A stretch of 64,000 nt of DNA from Lepidodermella squamata (lineage: Eukaryota; Animalia; Gastrotricha), in assembly GCA_047495785.1 (NCBI GenBank), contig JBLDXI010000029.1, positions 2,852,001 to 2,916,000 on the forward strand, in the 5' to 3' direction. Below the pieces are notes generated by a model that had not been told where the DNA came from, made no database searches, and was given only the letters and a program-made list of their open reading frames with translations. A program made the translations under genes and the position numbers. Numbering within the stretch: the first letter of the stretch is position 1; every line of letters starts with the position of its first letter. Positions 36,275 through 50,609 of the stretch are shown here, in pieces.

Positions 36275-39200
36275 TCAGGCCAGCGTGTGCAACACAATCA
36301 ACGAAGCTCCGCTGTAATTGCTCGCCGTCGTGAAGCCATTTATCCCATAAGAATCACTGATAAAACAGTAAAAGGTCAAGATACAATTTTAAGATTCTAA
36401 GCTAAAAAAGCTCACGGTGTCATGCAAGTGAAACACGCCAAGCCAGTGAGCGTGTTGTTAGTCATCCAGGAACCTCCGCCGAACGTCGCCGAGTTGGCCG
36501 GCCGGTCCTGGGCTAAGAAAGGCAGTTCTAGAGCCAAGGCTCCAGTGGTCATTCCACTGGGCGCGTAAGTTGACTGTGACTGAAAAAGCAGTGATAGATA
36601 TTTTACCTCTGTACAAATTTAGCTAACATTCGATGTAGAGGCACAAGCAATCCTATAGCTATTGATTTCGTTGTCGAGATAGCAATCCTTGAAAACCAAG
36701 CCGCCCATTCTACCGGATGATGTTTCCATTTGCATGAGGATGGACCAAGTTGCTGTCATAGAAACATTTGAATTCAAACGCTGCAGTATTGAAACTTAGG
36801 TCCACTTACACGGGATTTTAACCAAAGCTAGACCGTCATCGTATGTTTTAGCCGGAGTAGCAGAAACAGGCGTTCTGATTTGCCCATTGCCGGACCATCT
36901 GCGAGTTCCGTCAGACCAAGGTGGGTCGTAGCGTTCAACGACACGGCTGATGTACTCGTCGAAGTAAAATTTTCTAGACAGGTAGTAGTTGCAACCGCAC
37001 GTGACCACATAATCAGTCATCGCATCGTGACACAAGCATACTGATCGATTTTTTATGAATAGCTTGTAAACAAAATGTAGGTTTACCTATTGGTAAAGTT
37101 CGGCAATATATACTAAATTCTCACCTTGCCTTGTCTAGAAACAAAGCGAGAACACGCTATATTGCTGGCTGGGTTCGAAACAACAAGAAAGGACGTAGTG
37201 CTGTTGAGAGGTTCCACTTTCAAGCAGTTTGTCTTGTCCGCTGCTGTTGCGATCAAATAGTTTGACATCAAGCGGTTGGCCCATTCCAAGCCGAGCCATT
37301 GCGTTGAGTTGGTTTTCGACCCGAATCCTGGAGCAAGATTACGCCAATTCTATAGCAATTTTAGGATCAGATTGATCTTACCCCATTTATAGTCTTGGTA
37401 CATCATTTTTCCGTAATTCCAGTCTACTAACCCTAAAATAATGACTTTTATTATAATTAGACATTATGAGATTTTAAAGACCTATACCGGTTCGGCGATG
37501 AAATACCATTACCACTGATAAAAAGTCGTTGGAGATTCAAATGAGTCATCAGATGGAAAAAATTACTCTCCGTAGGCTTAAGTAGGCCACCAATGCAAGT
37601 CGCGTTGCAAACGCTGTTAGGCAGATAGATACAATCAGCTTCGAACGATTTATCGCCAATGTCAGCTTGAAATCGATATCTGCCGGGACCCAAGCCGAGC
37701 CGCGTCACCAGCGTACAATCTATCGAAGAAAATGACGTGTTGACAGTCTACTAATCTCTAACTGACTTTACCAGTGTAAGTGTTAGTCCTGCAAATCGGA
37801 GTCTCATCTGCCTCCTGTGAGTGAAATATCGAAAGTGAAATGTTCGATAAGATCGTACTGTGTAAGATCGTACCAAGTGATAGTAAAACCAGCCCGGAGC
37901 GGCCTCAAGACCCTCCCACAGCTCGTTCGTGTGCCCCGTGTTCAGCCAGCACGTTGAATTCGATGGATTATAGGAGGCGGAGCGGCATCGATAACCGCCA
38001 TTTCTGTAGCACGTATCCAAGCAGGTCCTCAAGTCAATGCCGATGATTTCCTGAAAAGTGTCTGCTTTGATCAACCGAAAGCCCCTCCCGCAATTCTCAG
38101 GTAGATAAAACTGAGGGCTAGCTATATTATGGAAGAAATTTGCGTTGAAGAGACATTTTCTTAGTCTAAGTACCCTTCTCGCTGCAGTCATCTCCAGTAC
38201 GTCCCTTGGGACACTTGCAAATGCCTGGTCCGATACACGTTCCTCCATTTTTACACGGGCAAATTTCTGAAAATTCGAAGGTTTAGGATCCACAAAATGC
38301 TTAGTTACCACGCACTTTTAGAACAATCAACTCCCATCCAGCCTTGTTTGCAGTAGCACTGATTGGGCCCGCCATTCGGTCCAGGAGCACAGTAGCCGCG
38401 GATGCAAGTAACAGGGCATTTCATAAGCGAATACACTCGAAGGTCAATGACGTCGACGTTGTTGCCCGCGGCACACAAGCCTACGTAGGCTGACTCGCCC
38501 GATATCGGGAAGAAGTTACCCGGAACAGCTGAGTGCGCCGAAATACAACTAGTCGTCGTACATTGGTCGACCTGAAACAAAATCAAAGTTTTTATAGGCG
38601 AAAGGATGTCGTTATTTTCAACCCAAAGCGTGCCGTTGCGCAAGACCATGCCGACGTGATAACGCGTGTTAATTCTCGTATAAGTACCAGGGTTGTAATT
38701 GTATTTGCCCATTGCGCTAATACTCAACCAAGGGTACCAGGCGTCGTACCCAAAATCGGTTACCACGCCCCGTAATTTGGCGTAGTCGACGTTAAAACCT
38801 GAGCACAACAAATGGCAGCAATCTGTATGAAACTATGCTAGTTCAACACACCTGCTGCGGTTGGACTTGGAATCAGGGCGTTTTCGTTCGCAACATATAG
38901 AGACACATAGGAATAGGTGTGGCCTTCGTGCGAATAAATCGTTGCGTTGATGCTGAAGTCAGTCAACGTGAATGGCTGCTTCGCGAGCATGTAACCATTG
39001 TAGTTACGGCCCTGGCCGAAAGTCACCCTAAAAGCTTTATTAGGCTGTAAAACGGGCCCGGGTGCTGTTGCGGAATAACGGTAATTCCAGTGGCTGTAGT
39101 TTGCATCGTTCGGGTAAGACCATTGCTCAATGTAGTTGTCAGGATCCGTTAGAGGCGTTCCAATATCTGAACGTTATAACAACGTGGTTTCTGGTGTACT

Positions 39201-40045
39201 CGGATGTCGGGGAACTCAAGCGTTATATGAAAGGATCGCAATCGCAGGAAAAAAACATGTATATAACGTGTCCAAAAAAAATGAAAAAAAATCGGGGAAA
39301 GAATTACTGGACAAGTTACCAAATGTAACCAGCTATCGGGTTTTCTACATTGAAGTTTTATATTTGTATGGTATAACATGAGTAAAGAGTCTATATCTGA
39401 ACGGAACCGGAGGCGAGTTGAGATGAGTAAATCGAGTACGGCGAGTTCAGATATAGACGATTTACGAATGTTATACCGTAAAATATCGAATTGGCCAAGC
39501 AACTCGACCTATATTTTGGAGGACAATTCTATATTAAAGATATGTACTCGTAATTCATTCATATCTAGGATTCGTAGCACGAGTGCGGAGTTAAAATGGC
39601 ATAACTTGTGGAACACGCTAATCTCATTCTCTCAAAATGGCCTAACTCCAATTATTAAGGAGTTTTAAAGGAATTTACATTGCGAGCATCGAGGGCCGGT
39701 GAATCGTGCCAAACACGTGCAGACATTAGGCGCTGTGCAACACGAAGTCGGCGGGTTGCACGTAACTGCGCAAATGGCTACGAGGAAATGCAAGTATGTA
39801 AATGGCTCATCAATACTTGAAATATCTACGTGTTTCGCAGAATGTTTCCGAGTAACTCGGCTGGCATTTGCAAACATTTGTTGCGATGCATGTGCCTCCG
39901 TTCATGCAAGCAGGGGAGCATGCTACAGGTTGATAAAAAAGCCAAAATTCATGAAGACCAATGGATGATTTAGCCGCTTACATTGCGCTTGAATACATGT
40001 TAAGGTAGCTGATGAAATGGCTAGTAAAACGATGGTGAATGCCAT
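36275..40045 (-). CDS. Secreted mosaic protein: SP-EGF-EGF-(ConA/LamG-like)-EGF-EGF-PAN/apple-fibrinogen-like C-terminus (multi-exon)
   Basis: Signal peptide MAFTIVLLAISSATLTCIQAQ. EGF units CSPACMNGGTCIATNVCKCQPSYSETFC, CAVTCNPPTSCCTAPNVCTCLARFTGPRC, CPVTCIRGYC...CYCKQGWMGVDC, CPCKNGGTCIGPGICKCPKGRTGDDC. PAN motif CLDTCYRNGGYRCRSASYNPSNSTCWLN. FReD-like YQDYKWGFGS...WLGLEW. The 3' exons are less certain. Confidence 0.72.
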
Positions 40046-41233
40046 CTGAAATAACTGAAAGCTAAGGGAAAATATTTCATAAAATGCACAGCGGTCTAAT
40101 CGGTCTAAAATTTGTGATTCTTGCTAGTTGGTAACTACGAGACGTCGGGAAAGTTTATTCAATTTCTTTTCAGGCTGGCGCATTGGAGCTCTATATCACC
40201 CTAACTATCCATCAGGTTGCATTAAATCGGCGCGACGCATGTTCGATGTGTGGGATTGATTTATGATTTTTTCCGAAGAATATTTGCTTACCAGGAAAGG
40301 AGCGGACTACGGATAACGGACAAGTTATATATAGCCGGATAGAAATGATTCTGTAGGCGGATGAAATTGAGGAATTTGCTAGGCACCAAAAATACCGAAT
40401 TACAAGGCGGGGTCAATATTAAGTTCAACGTTAGACCTATACCGTAAGAATTTAATCCTTTTTTGCATTGACCTTGTGTATGCTGGCGACACATTTGTTT
40501 TTCTGGAAATATCTTATGGACGAAATAGAAGACAGTGCTTTTATATACTGGATTTATACTGATTGGGATTGGTATTCGAATTTTGGAGCCCAATTGTGTG
40601 TAGCTTTTCGGCGCGTCAATGACGGTCTCATCCCTTTCGAAGCCGCGAGCAAGGTTCCCCTACGCAGTCTTCTTTTTCATCTTCAAATTCCCTTCAATTT
40701 CAGATTGAGGTCTTCTTCGTTTAAATTTTGCGTAAAATCTCGTCTTATAAGGGCATGTCGTAGAATGGCATACCGCCAACAAATGAAAGTTCACGTGAGA
40801 GCACAGTATTGCAAGTCCCGCTGGGAGAGCACATAATCCTCCCCTCATATCATTCCAACAAAATGCCATCATACGACTAAATAGTCTATAGGTATCCAAG
40901 TACAATCTGGATCACACACCGTTTGCAACGTCACATCATGCCAGATTCAACTCATCATCTTGTTGTTATAGTTACAATCCCGAATTCATCCCAAATGTTA
41001 CTATAATAGTCACCGGAATTTCAGGCTATCTCGGCGGTGACTAGGCAGAAACATAATTTATTCAGAGAATAAGCATTAGCCAATACAATCCAATACACGC
41101 CACCCGATTGGTGGTTGGTGGCTGGAATAAAATATGAAAATCCTCACAGCCGACAAAGCATGGTTTTATTGATGTAATTTTTCATAGGAAATAAATAGTT
41201 GGTGCATAGCTTTTGACCGCGGCTGAATCAGCC

Positions 41234-44200
41234 TTATTGTTCGACGAACGTCTCGCACAAATAGCTATCGAAAACAGCGGCGCAATTTCTGCGGCTGATT
41301 GTGAACTTCGAAATATCATCGTCATCAGGGGTCGTAATACCGCAATTTCCCCCTCCCGAATCAAGCGGCCACCAGAACGGTGCTGTATAATCAGCTAGGA
41401 CGAGGTTTGACCCATCAATCCACTTCCAGCCACTTGGCGACTCGGCAGATGCGATAAGGCCAACCCAGGCATATGCTCCTACAAATATCTGTGCAGATGG
41501 TAGATAGACCTTATTTAAAGGCCCAGCCTGTTCAAACTCGTGGGAAGATTTCAGAGTAGCCAGTTGAGCGTTTTGCTGGGCGCACACAGCCTTAGCCGTG
41601 TCCCAATTTAGGTTCGGCGACCCTAAGAAGAAAACTTTCTTCGCTGTTGTACACTTCTCCTCTGTTGAGAATGTTGCGTTGGGTGGGAATCGCGTTTCGC
41701 CTATTGAACAGCCTTCAGACGCCAATCGACAAGTTACCCCACCAACACTGTTTACGCATCGATAAAACCCAGACTAGAACGACAGATGAAGATTCAGGTA
41801 GATTGAGAAATTTCGATCAAGTACTTACGCCTAGCAAACATGCGTCCAGATTCGGGAATGTTGAAAATTGCTGGGATTCCGAGTTAGCGTTACAACCAGA
41901 ACTCACCGGTCGGCAGGCGATGAAAGCTCGACTATTGGAAGTACTGAAGCAGCTAATGTGGGGAGATAGATATTCAGCTGGAACTAAAATTAGATCAAAA
42001 CCATCAAGTTTCATGTTTCACTTTAAATCTTACCCGATCCATCATTATCTACAAGACGCTCGCAGACAAAGGTAAAGCCGTCGCAAGCCGAAGCGGCCAA
42101 GTAATAGTTGTAATTGCTACCTTCGAAGCTTTTGAAAACGGAACAAATGTTTCCGTTGCTAACGTCTTGCGCGCCAGGTCCCCAGAGATTAAGCGAAGAA
42201 TCAAGAGGCGTGCCATCCAAGACCCATAGCCAATTGGAGTTCTTGAATTGAAGACCCACGAAAGCTGGCATCGTGATTATAGCCAACAGTTTGCGCAGCT
42301 CTTGCAACTCAGCGCGAGACCTCACAGAGGCTAAAACAGCGCCATTCTGGACGCACTGAACGGCAGCTGAAGAGAAGCTACCCGGCGCCGGTCCTGGGGC
42401 TGAGTATATTTTGACCGGATTTTCGCATCGATTCTTCGTCGGAAACGTTATCCGGCTGGGGTAGAGAAAGTCGCCCGATTTACATCCAGCAGTTGCAGCC
42501 CGGCAATTTACTGAACCATCGCTAGCAACGCAGCGAGAATACGATTTCTGTGATATTGAATTAAATTAAATTCATATTCAAATCTGGAAGAATAGGAAAT
42601 AAACTCACGACACTATCCCAAGGACAGCTACCGAAATTGTCGCCGAAAAATAATGAACTGCCGTAGTAGTTTGACTGTAAATTCAACGGAAAATAATAGC
42701 AAATTAGATGATTGAAAAATTGACCATACTTGTTGTAGACCATCAGGGCAAATCTCGTAACAGCTTCTAAAACCGTCCGCATCTTGGCACTGAACAGCAG
42801 GCTGAAGGGGAAACTTGTGAAAAGGAGAAAGAGGTTGTTGATTTGAATCTTACTCCGATCGTACAGAGGTCTTTGTTCGCGAAGGTTGTAGCAGAATAAA
42901 GTAGAGTTTCAACGCTAGAAATGCAACCAGAGCCAGCGGGTCGGCAAGCTACGAATTGACGCGATGCTGAGTTGAAGCACCGAACATGGGGTTGAGGATC
43001 TAGAATCAGAATTTCATCTTAAGATGAATAATGTTAAGGCTATTCTCACCAAGGCTCAAGCTATCAGCCCACTTCTCGCAAGCGTAGCCGGGCTTGATGA
43101 GATTCGGAGCAGACTGTTCACAAGGCGTCGAGGTTTCCATAAGAAATTGCTGTTGGACTGGTTTGAACGCGTAGATAACACACGGCCAGGTGCGACTGGG
43201 CTGGTTAGGGCCCCACTGGTCGGGTAGTGCCTGGAAGAGCGTCCCATCAATCCAGACGTAGTTGCTCCCGCTCGATTGCGAAAGCCCGACCCATGCCGCT
43301 TGCATCGACTGGCTGGACAGCATTTGGCGAAGTCGAGTCTGTTCACTCGGGGTCTTGACGGTAGCGAGAAGCGCACCTAGCTGGCCGCAAACTGTCATCG
43401 CCTCACCGAGATCGACCCCAAGTCCAGGCCGCCGAGCTATGAAGTACTTGGCCACGGAATTGCATTGTTGTTCGCTTGGATAGGTGATTCCACCTGGGTT
43501 ACGCTGTTCACCAGTTTGGCAGGTAGTCGAGTTCGACCGGCAAGTGACGGTCTCGTCTTGAGTAGCAGTCACACAGCGGATGTAACCGAGCTGGAAACAG
43601 AACGATGACAAAATGATCGGTACTGTTTAAAAAAATTTCAGTTCATTTACCGGGATATCATTCAGGCAACTGGCGTGATTTTGTGCGAAGTAAGGCGATG
43701 AAGTGTAAGATCCGACCTAGTAAGCGATAAAATAAGGTCCTATATCGCTCTATTGCGACTCAAAGGCAAACCTGTTGCGAGCCTGTTGGACATGAATCGT
43801 AGCAGCGCCGATCGGTGGAAGTTCGGCACTGAGAAGCTACCTGGTTTAAGATTAGAAATCGAAATTACCCGAAAAATATCAGAAATGTTACCCCGGTAAG
43901 ACATTCGTCCAAGGTTTTGAATATATCCGCCGAATAATCTTGGTTCAGGCCCGAATTCTGGCAGCCAGAACTAGCGAGGCAGCAACCAACAAACCGTCGG
44001 CTCGTTGTATCAAAGCATCGCACGTGAGGTTGCAAATATTCGGGAAGCGGGGCTGAAATTTCAAAATTATTTTCTCCGCTAGTTACAAACACATCTTGAA
44101 ACTAACCCACGCCATCATTTTCATACAATTTTTCACAAACTACGGGGAAATTGCTGTCACAGTTTTCCGCAGCGGCTTGATAAATCGTTGAACCGAATAG

Positions 44201-47200
44201 CTTGTATACCGCACAGAACAAATTAGCAGTGGGCTCTCCAGGCCCCCATTGATCGGGTAACGGCTGGAAAGATGATTCATCCACCCAAGACCAAGCGCTG
44301 TTATTCAAGGTCAAGCCGATATAAGCGGATGTAACTGATTGGGCAGTGAGGACATTGCGAAGTTCCGATTGCTCACCCAGTGTTTTGACGGTTGCGAGTT
44401 GATATGAATTGTCGGAGCACTGTTTCTTAGCATTGAGGAACGAAACGCTGTTAGCGACGTAAACAAACACCTTGACTGGGTTTTCACATCGATCTTGTGA
44501 GGAGAAGGACACCCCAGTTGGGAATTGCGTTTCGTTATCCTTACAACCGTCTGCGTCTTTTCGGCAGAAAACGTTGCCCGAGTTGATGCAGCGTAGGTAA
44601 ACGGGCTGGAAATTTTCCAAAAATTAGAAAATTAAAAAAAATGCCAAAAAAATACCGGTATGTCATTCCAGCATCTCGCATGGTTTTCCTCAAAGTAGGC
44701 CGAAGTAAAATATATCCCAATCTGATAGGAAACATCAAACGTTCAGGGGTATGGATAAAACTTCCAAAAAAACCTGTTGAGATCCATTAGGGCAAGTTTT
44801 GAAGCACCTTTTCCCGAAGAATGTAGCACATTGGACGGCAGACTATGGAAAACATATTTATTCGAATTTGTTTAAGGAGGCACAGGTCCTTACCCCGAGC
44901 ATGCACTCATCAAAGGTAGCAAAGCTTTCAGGTGAATATTCGCGAGTTTCAGTTCCGTTCTTACAGCCTTCACTTACGAGTCGGCAGCCAACAAATTGGC
45001 GACTTGTTGAGCCAAAGCAGCGAACATGCGGTTTGATGTATGCAGGCAGTTGCACTGCAAAACTGACGTAATAAAAAGGTATGTCAACTCAACCTCAAAC
45101 TCACCTATGCCATTGTTATCGATTACATTTTCGCAAGCAAACCCTTCTATCGAAACTCCGGAGCAAAGACTAGCGAACATCTGGTAGGTACCGCTATTTG
45201 ACTTGTAAATCGCGCATGGGTAAGGGCTGTTGGGTTCATCAGGCGCCCATTGGCCTGGAAAAGGCTTGACAACGCCGCCATCTATCCAAAACCAAAGAGT
45301 GGTGAAAGAGCCTAGAAAAGCTCCAACATAGGCTGCTGTGAAAAATTGAGATGCCAACACTCGGGCCAATTCGGATTGCTCGCCTGGTGTTCGAATCAAG
45401 GCTAGTTTTCCAGAGTTATTAGCGCAGTACTCGTTGGCTTGATCGAGATTGAGATTTAGCCTGACGGGCGAGAACCTTTTGAAGACGTTTTCACATCGTT
45501 CGTCGCTTGGAAAAGTCACGCCAGCCGGGTATTGAGCTTCAAGCGACTCGCAGCCTGTTGAATTCGATCGACAAGAGACTGCGCCGTTGTTCAAAACGCA
45601 GCGAATGTAGCCCGGCTGATAAATCAAAATTAAGGAATTTTATAATTTAATTCCGAATTTTGGTAGAATTCAAAGTAAGAAAAGTTAATGGGTTACTTGT
45701 TTCAGGACGTCGGTATAAATCTGGCAAACAGTTGCTGCTACTGACGAGTTGTCACATGGCCAATCGTTCAGGTAGAAATTATCCCCGATGTAGTTGTAGC
45801 GAGCACAATTGCCGTCGCCGCTCGGTTCGCCTGTAGCCCATTGGTAGAACGACGTCGTGTAATTTGTACCATCTACCCAAACCCAATTGTTGGAGACCGA
45901 ATCGAACTTTAGACCGAGCCAAGCTGTTGCAACTTGCAGAGCGAAAAGCTCCTTCCGAAGAGCGGCCTGGTCGTCTTCGGTTTTCACAACAGCGAAATTT
46001 GCGTATTGCTGAGAGCAAAGATTCTTGGCCCCATCCCAAGTGACATTGGATTTCAGGACGACATACATTTTCCGGACGCTGTAATTTGGAGAGTCAGCAA
46101 TGCAAGCGGATTCGCTCTTGTAAGTTCGATCCAGGCTTGGCTTCTCACTAGCAAGGCATCCCGTTTCATTTGATCGGCAGGACACGTCACCGGTCAATGT
46201 AGCCAGACAGCGTAGGAAATGGACAGTCTGCGAAAATTGATTTGAAATATGAAAAAATGAAATAGGGATCAAAAACCTCTTTCGTGTCATTCAAACATGC
46301 TGCATGATTTTCAGCAAAAGATACGCCTGCTGCATAAACTTTCCCCTGGAAAATTGAAGGTTCATAGAATTTAAGTTTTTCAGGAAAATTTCGCTACCTC
46401 TTCGGAATTACCAGGGCAAACGTTATAGCAATATGGTTCGTCGTTCGTCGTGCATTGAACTGCTTTCTGAAATTTATTCGAAAATTCAATAAAATAACTC
46501 GGGGTCTAATGGGCGACTTACGCCTTTCAGACAAGTTTGTTTGTCGATGAACTGCCCGTCTGAAAAATCAGTCGTTTCATTGTTTGCCAGACATCCAGTT
46601 GCTGCTAGCTGGCAAGCTGTGAACTGCCGATTAGCCGAATCGAAGCAGCGAATGTGAGGCTTGACTTCATCGGGTACCGTGACTGAAGAAATTGGTATCG
46701 TTAGGTATTGAAAAGCTTTCGAAAAAGGTCCGGCTTACTCATTCCATCGATACATCTCGCCAAGTTCCTCTTACTAGCTCCCTCGGTCTAAATTTGGTGG
46801 CAGAAATTTGAAAGCTTTTGAGATAACCCGAAGACAAACCGTTCCTATTGGACAAGTAATATTCGTGTTGTCACGCGGAACACAGGCAATAAGAGTTTTT
46901 CCAGACATGCATCGTTTGAAGAATTGATTCTGTAGAGAAAAGTAAACATTGTTGGACATTTATTCTCAGGCAATACCGGAAATTCTTCAGCCGCATCTTT
47001 GCAATCTTGAAGGTTGGGACCTAAGAGAGCTCTGCCTCGAAAAACGTTGATCTAAAAATTGACAAAATTAAAATTGGAAAATGCGTAGGCTTTATCCTTC
47101 ACACCTTTATTTCATTTGAAGAGCAAGATAAACCAGCTGGCCGGCAAAACAGCCTTACGGTAGCATATTCGTAGCATAAGACGCCACTCTGTATAGGAAG

Positions 47201-47480
47201 GATTTATAATAATCTCCGAAATTACTGAGCTTACCCCTTTTCGACATGAATCGAAGTTAGTTTGGCTCTGTCTCTGTTGAATCAAATTTTGGAATTTTAC
47301 TCACAGCAAAGCTTTATTACCAACCGTGTATTCTGTTAACTCATCGCAGCCGTCAAAAGTGTTGCGACACCTTACAAAATCGCCGTTGTACTGAGAAAAG
47401 CATCGAATCCATTGACATCGACAATTTCCAAGCAAGGCCGCCAAAATTAGCAGCAAAAATACAGCATCTCGGCAAAGCAT
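41234..47480 (-). CDS. Large secreted protein with six C-type lectin domains interleaved with 4-Cys repeats (multi-exon)
   Basis: Signal peptide MLCRDAVFLLLILAALLGNCRC. Six CTLDs (A..C....A.LA, WLGL/YIGL/WVGL, W.DG, W...EP, C......C) at about 45720-46080, 45130-45480, 44130-44470, 43075-43450, 42060-42410 and 41250-41640. No transmembrane segment before the stop. Confidence 0.85.
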
Positions 47481-47759
47481 TTTACTATATTTTGATGTGC
47501 TATTCTAAAATTGTATGTGAATGGAGAATTTTTTCATCAGACGTAGGCACGCGTTTCAAATTTCAGGTCACTTTTGGAAAACCAAGTCAAATTTCCATAT
47601 TTTTCAGTAAAAGGAAAATGAGGTTAATCTTGCGCTTCGAATAGCTAAAATTCCTGCGAATCTTGATACAATAAATCACTTTTATTGGAAATATTCATAG
47701 CTCTGTCCTCTTGCATCAAAATTAGCATTCTTCGATACAAGATCAAGGTGTGCTGTCGC

Positions 47760-49330
47760 TCATCGTTGGCAGGTATTGATGACTAGCGAAATAGTCCATT
47801 TTGCCATTGTTAAAAATCGACATTGGGCTGCTGATCTTTATTATAAATCAATAAAATTAACTTGCTGGATAAGCCAAATTGCAACTTGCTTGTCCTGGGA
47901 CGAAATGCGGCTTGTGATTAATTTCGAACGAATCTTCGGTCAGCGTCGAGCCGTCATCATCCACAATTTCGCCTTCCTCGTCACTTGGCGCCTGCATTGC
48001 ATTGGCGATATTTTCCGCCAGAATTGTACCACTCAGCGAAACTTCGAGGCGCTTTTTCACTGGAACTGGCTCATTCACCTTCCGGCGCTGAGTCGACGCA
48101 TTGCGAAATGCAGTTATACAGAAAAATGTGTAAAGCTATGAAAAATCGGAAAAATTCATCGGAATTCGTAACGGGCTGATCTACTCACATTGCAGAGATT
48201 TCGGACGATCCATAAAATGAAATTGATTACCACGTAAATTTCGAACCAAACCGATCCAGTATGAGCCTGTTTGAAGGTTAAGGTAATTCAGAGAGCTTAG
48301 ATTGGATTCAACTCACCCATAAAGGACCTAGAGTCAGCAATAAGACGAAGAGATAGATCTCGTAAACGTTATCAGCGATTATAACGGCTGGCAACACGAT
48401 TAACGACCACAGCAGGAGAAAGAATACATTTTTCTAGAAAAACGAAAACTTCATTAATTGCCAAACTTCATGAAAGGCCAACTTTTTGAATTGCGATGTA
48501 AAGTCCTATGGATATCACGAGATTTACGCTTGAAAAGATCAGCATAGCCATTGAAGGTGTGACCAATTTTTCTAGAACCAAAAATTATTTGTTTCATGAA
48601 GGTTTGAAGTCATGACGACATACCTTTTTCCTCTTCCTTGAGCAAAGGTTCTTGAGTATCGTGCCCGTCATCGTCCAATTCATCCTCATCATCGTTGCCG
48701 TGTTCCCCCTGCTGTAGGACCTTTCGCTTCGCCTCAAGTATCAACTTCTCGAAAATGCCGGGCAGCTTCGACGTAGTCATCTCCCTTGCAACTTCATTCG
48801 CCTTCTTCCGCCGCAACAGCCAGCTTTTCGCATCAGAGAACGTATGGACAGCCGCTTCGCCATCCTTCTCTTCATGGCCAGCAGACCACAACAATTCGCC
48901 ATGCCGTATAATCTATCGGTAAAGCTTTTACGTTATAACGAAATTCCTTCTAAGAGGCTTTACCTCTCGATATTCGTATCCTAACGACATTCCCTGCGGC
49001 CCGCCGAAGTAATTAGCGTAGTAGATGATTGAAAGACACATCAGGATGTAAAGTACGCTCGAAACCTGATTTTTTAAGAGTTAAGGTGGATTTTTACAAT
49101 TTTATTGTGAATACCATCATGTGAATAGCCGAAGCAATTGAACCGTCGTGGACGCTGTTCCACACGAGGCACCAATCCATTTGAAATTTCCGGAAAAATC
49201 GCCACATCTCATCGTAAAGAGACCCGCGAACGCCTATTCGATGCGAAGAAGACATATCTTGTTTTATCCAGGCGAAAAAAACGAGAAATACTGATGCTGA
49301 ATGACATATAACAGCAAGGGGTGGGTACAT
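47760..49330 (-). CDS. Multi-pass (about 4 TM) membrane protein of unknown function, multi-exon
   Basis: Short GT-AG introns link hydrophobic exons VSSVLYILMCLSIIYYA, MAMLIFSSVNLVISIGLYIAI, FFLLLWSLIVLPAVII and IYVVINFILWIVRNLC, with an acidic loop and tail. Start and final exon are uncertain. Confidence 0.6.
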
Positions 49331-50503
49331 GATTTATTTTTAGCTCAAATCTCATTATTCAAACAATAGGGGCCCTTATTACCGCGTTATTGGCGAAGAA
49401 TAGTCGTGGGTGCTTGAGAAAACTAGAGGGTGCGAGAAAAAAAGTTGAATGGATCGATTGTTTCTGCAGAAGGCAGAAACGGCGCCGCCGACTGCGCGCA
49501 AATTGATGTCATCATCAAAGTCGAAAGTCTTCCGCCTAGCTGGTTGAAATTCGATTTTTTTTATGTGTTTCAGCGCAGTTAATACAAACAGAATTGACAG
49601 CTAAGTGTAATGCACTTTAATGGCATTAATTATTCTAGCGTTGAATTTTGCAGCCTGGGAAGCCATCAAGATGAGCAGGCGGCTTATCCGCTCAACTTGC
49701 CGAGTGAGAGGCGCAGTAAGAACCAAGTCGGAGGAATCACTGCGATACTAATAGCCGGTTGTCTCGGGAGGAAGCAGACGGCATTTTATTATCGTTTTCC
49801 GTTGCGTGAAGTGCGCCGAAATAAATAATAAGGCTACTCCACAATTTTATTTATGCGTACATCAATTTGCGTTCGATTCATACATAGTGTGTGGGTGCCT
49901 GCCTGTAGAGTAAACAACTTAACTCAGACAAAAACGGGGATTAAAAAATATAGAAAAATCGATTTGTATTTAATCTGTTTGTATTATTGAACTTTATTTA
50001 GTCCGGATTAATTGGCTTGGATCCTTTTATTGTTTGTTTACGCTGCAAAACAAAAAACCCGCAATGGACATACACAGTATGATTCATCATTTAGCGCAGT
50101 TTTTTTCCCTTTTTTGGGCTTGAAATGAGTTGAAATGCAAATTAAGCGCGTATAACAATGAATTGAAAAGCTGATTCAACCGTCTGACAAAACGTGAAAA
50201 GGTTTTCAGTGCTAGCGAATGACCAGCTGTTGCCTCTACCTGTTTTCCATGTGAACGAGAATTTGCATTTTTTTGGATTTATACTGTCTAGCTTTTACGG
50301 CTTATGGTAACTGGACAAAATTCTTAGCAGCTTTATGATTTTATTCTCCCATTTTAGCCTGTGGTTTCAGCAGTCGCTCTTTTACTTCTGATAGGGACAT
50401 CGAAAATTAAGCCTAAAAATCCCAGAATTTCCGTCAGTTTTGGCAAAATACATCGGCGGACAGCGGACAGACTTAACAGCAAAAATAACAAAACCAGCAA
50501 AAG

Positions 50504-50609
50504 CGACAAAACAGCAAATTTCTCATTTTGCGACAAAACAGCCGAAAATTACTGAGTAATCGTGCTTTTGCTGTTTTGTCGCGAAATGAGAAATTTGCTG
50601 TTTTGTCGC
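50504..50609. repeat. Inverted repeat / MITE remnant
   Basis: GCGACAAAACAGCAAATTTCTCATTTTGCGACAAAACAGC is mirrored by GCTGTTTTGTCGCGAAATGAGAAATTTGCTGTTTTGTCGC. Confidence 0.65.

Noticed and set aside
39136-40905. ORFs 39149-39668 and 40288-40905
   Set aside because: No recognisable domains or consistent splice pattern. The first set lies in an intron of the EGF gene.
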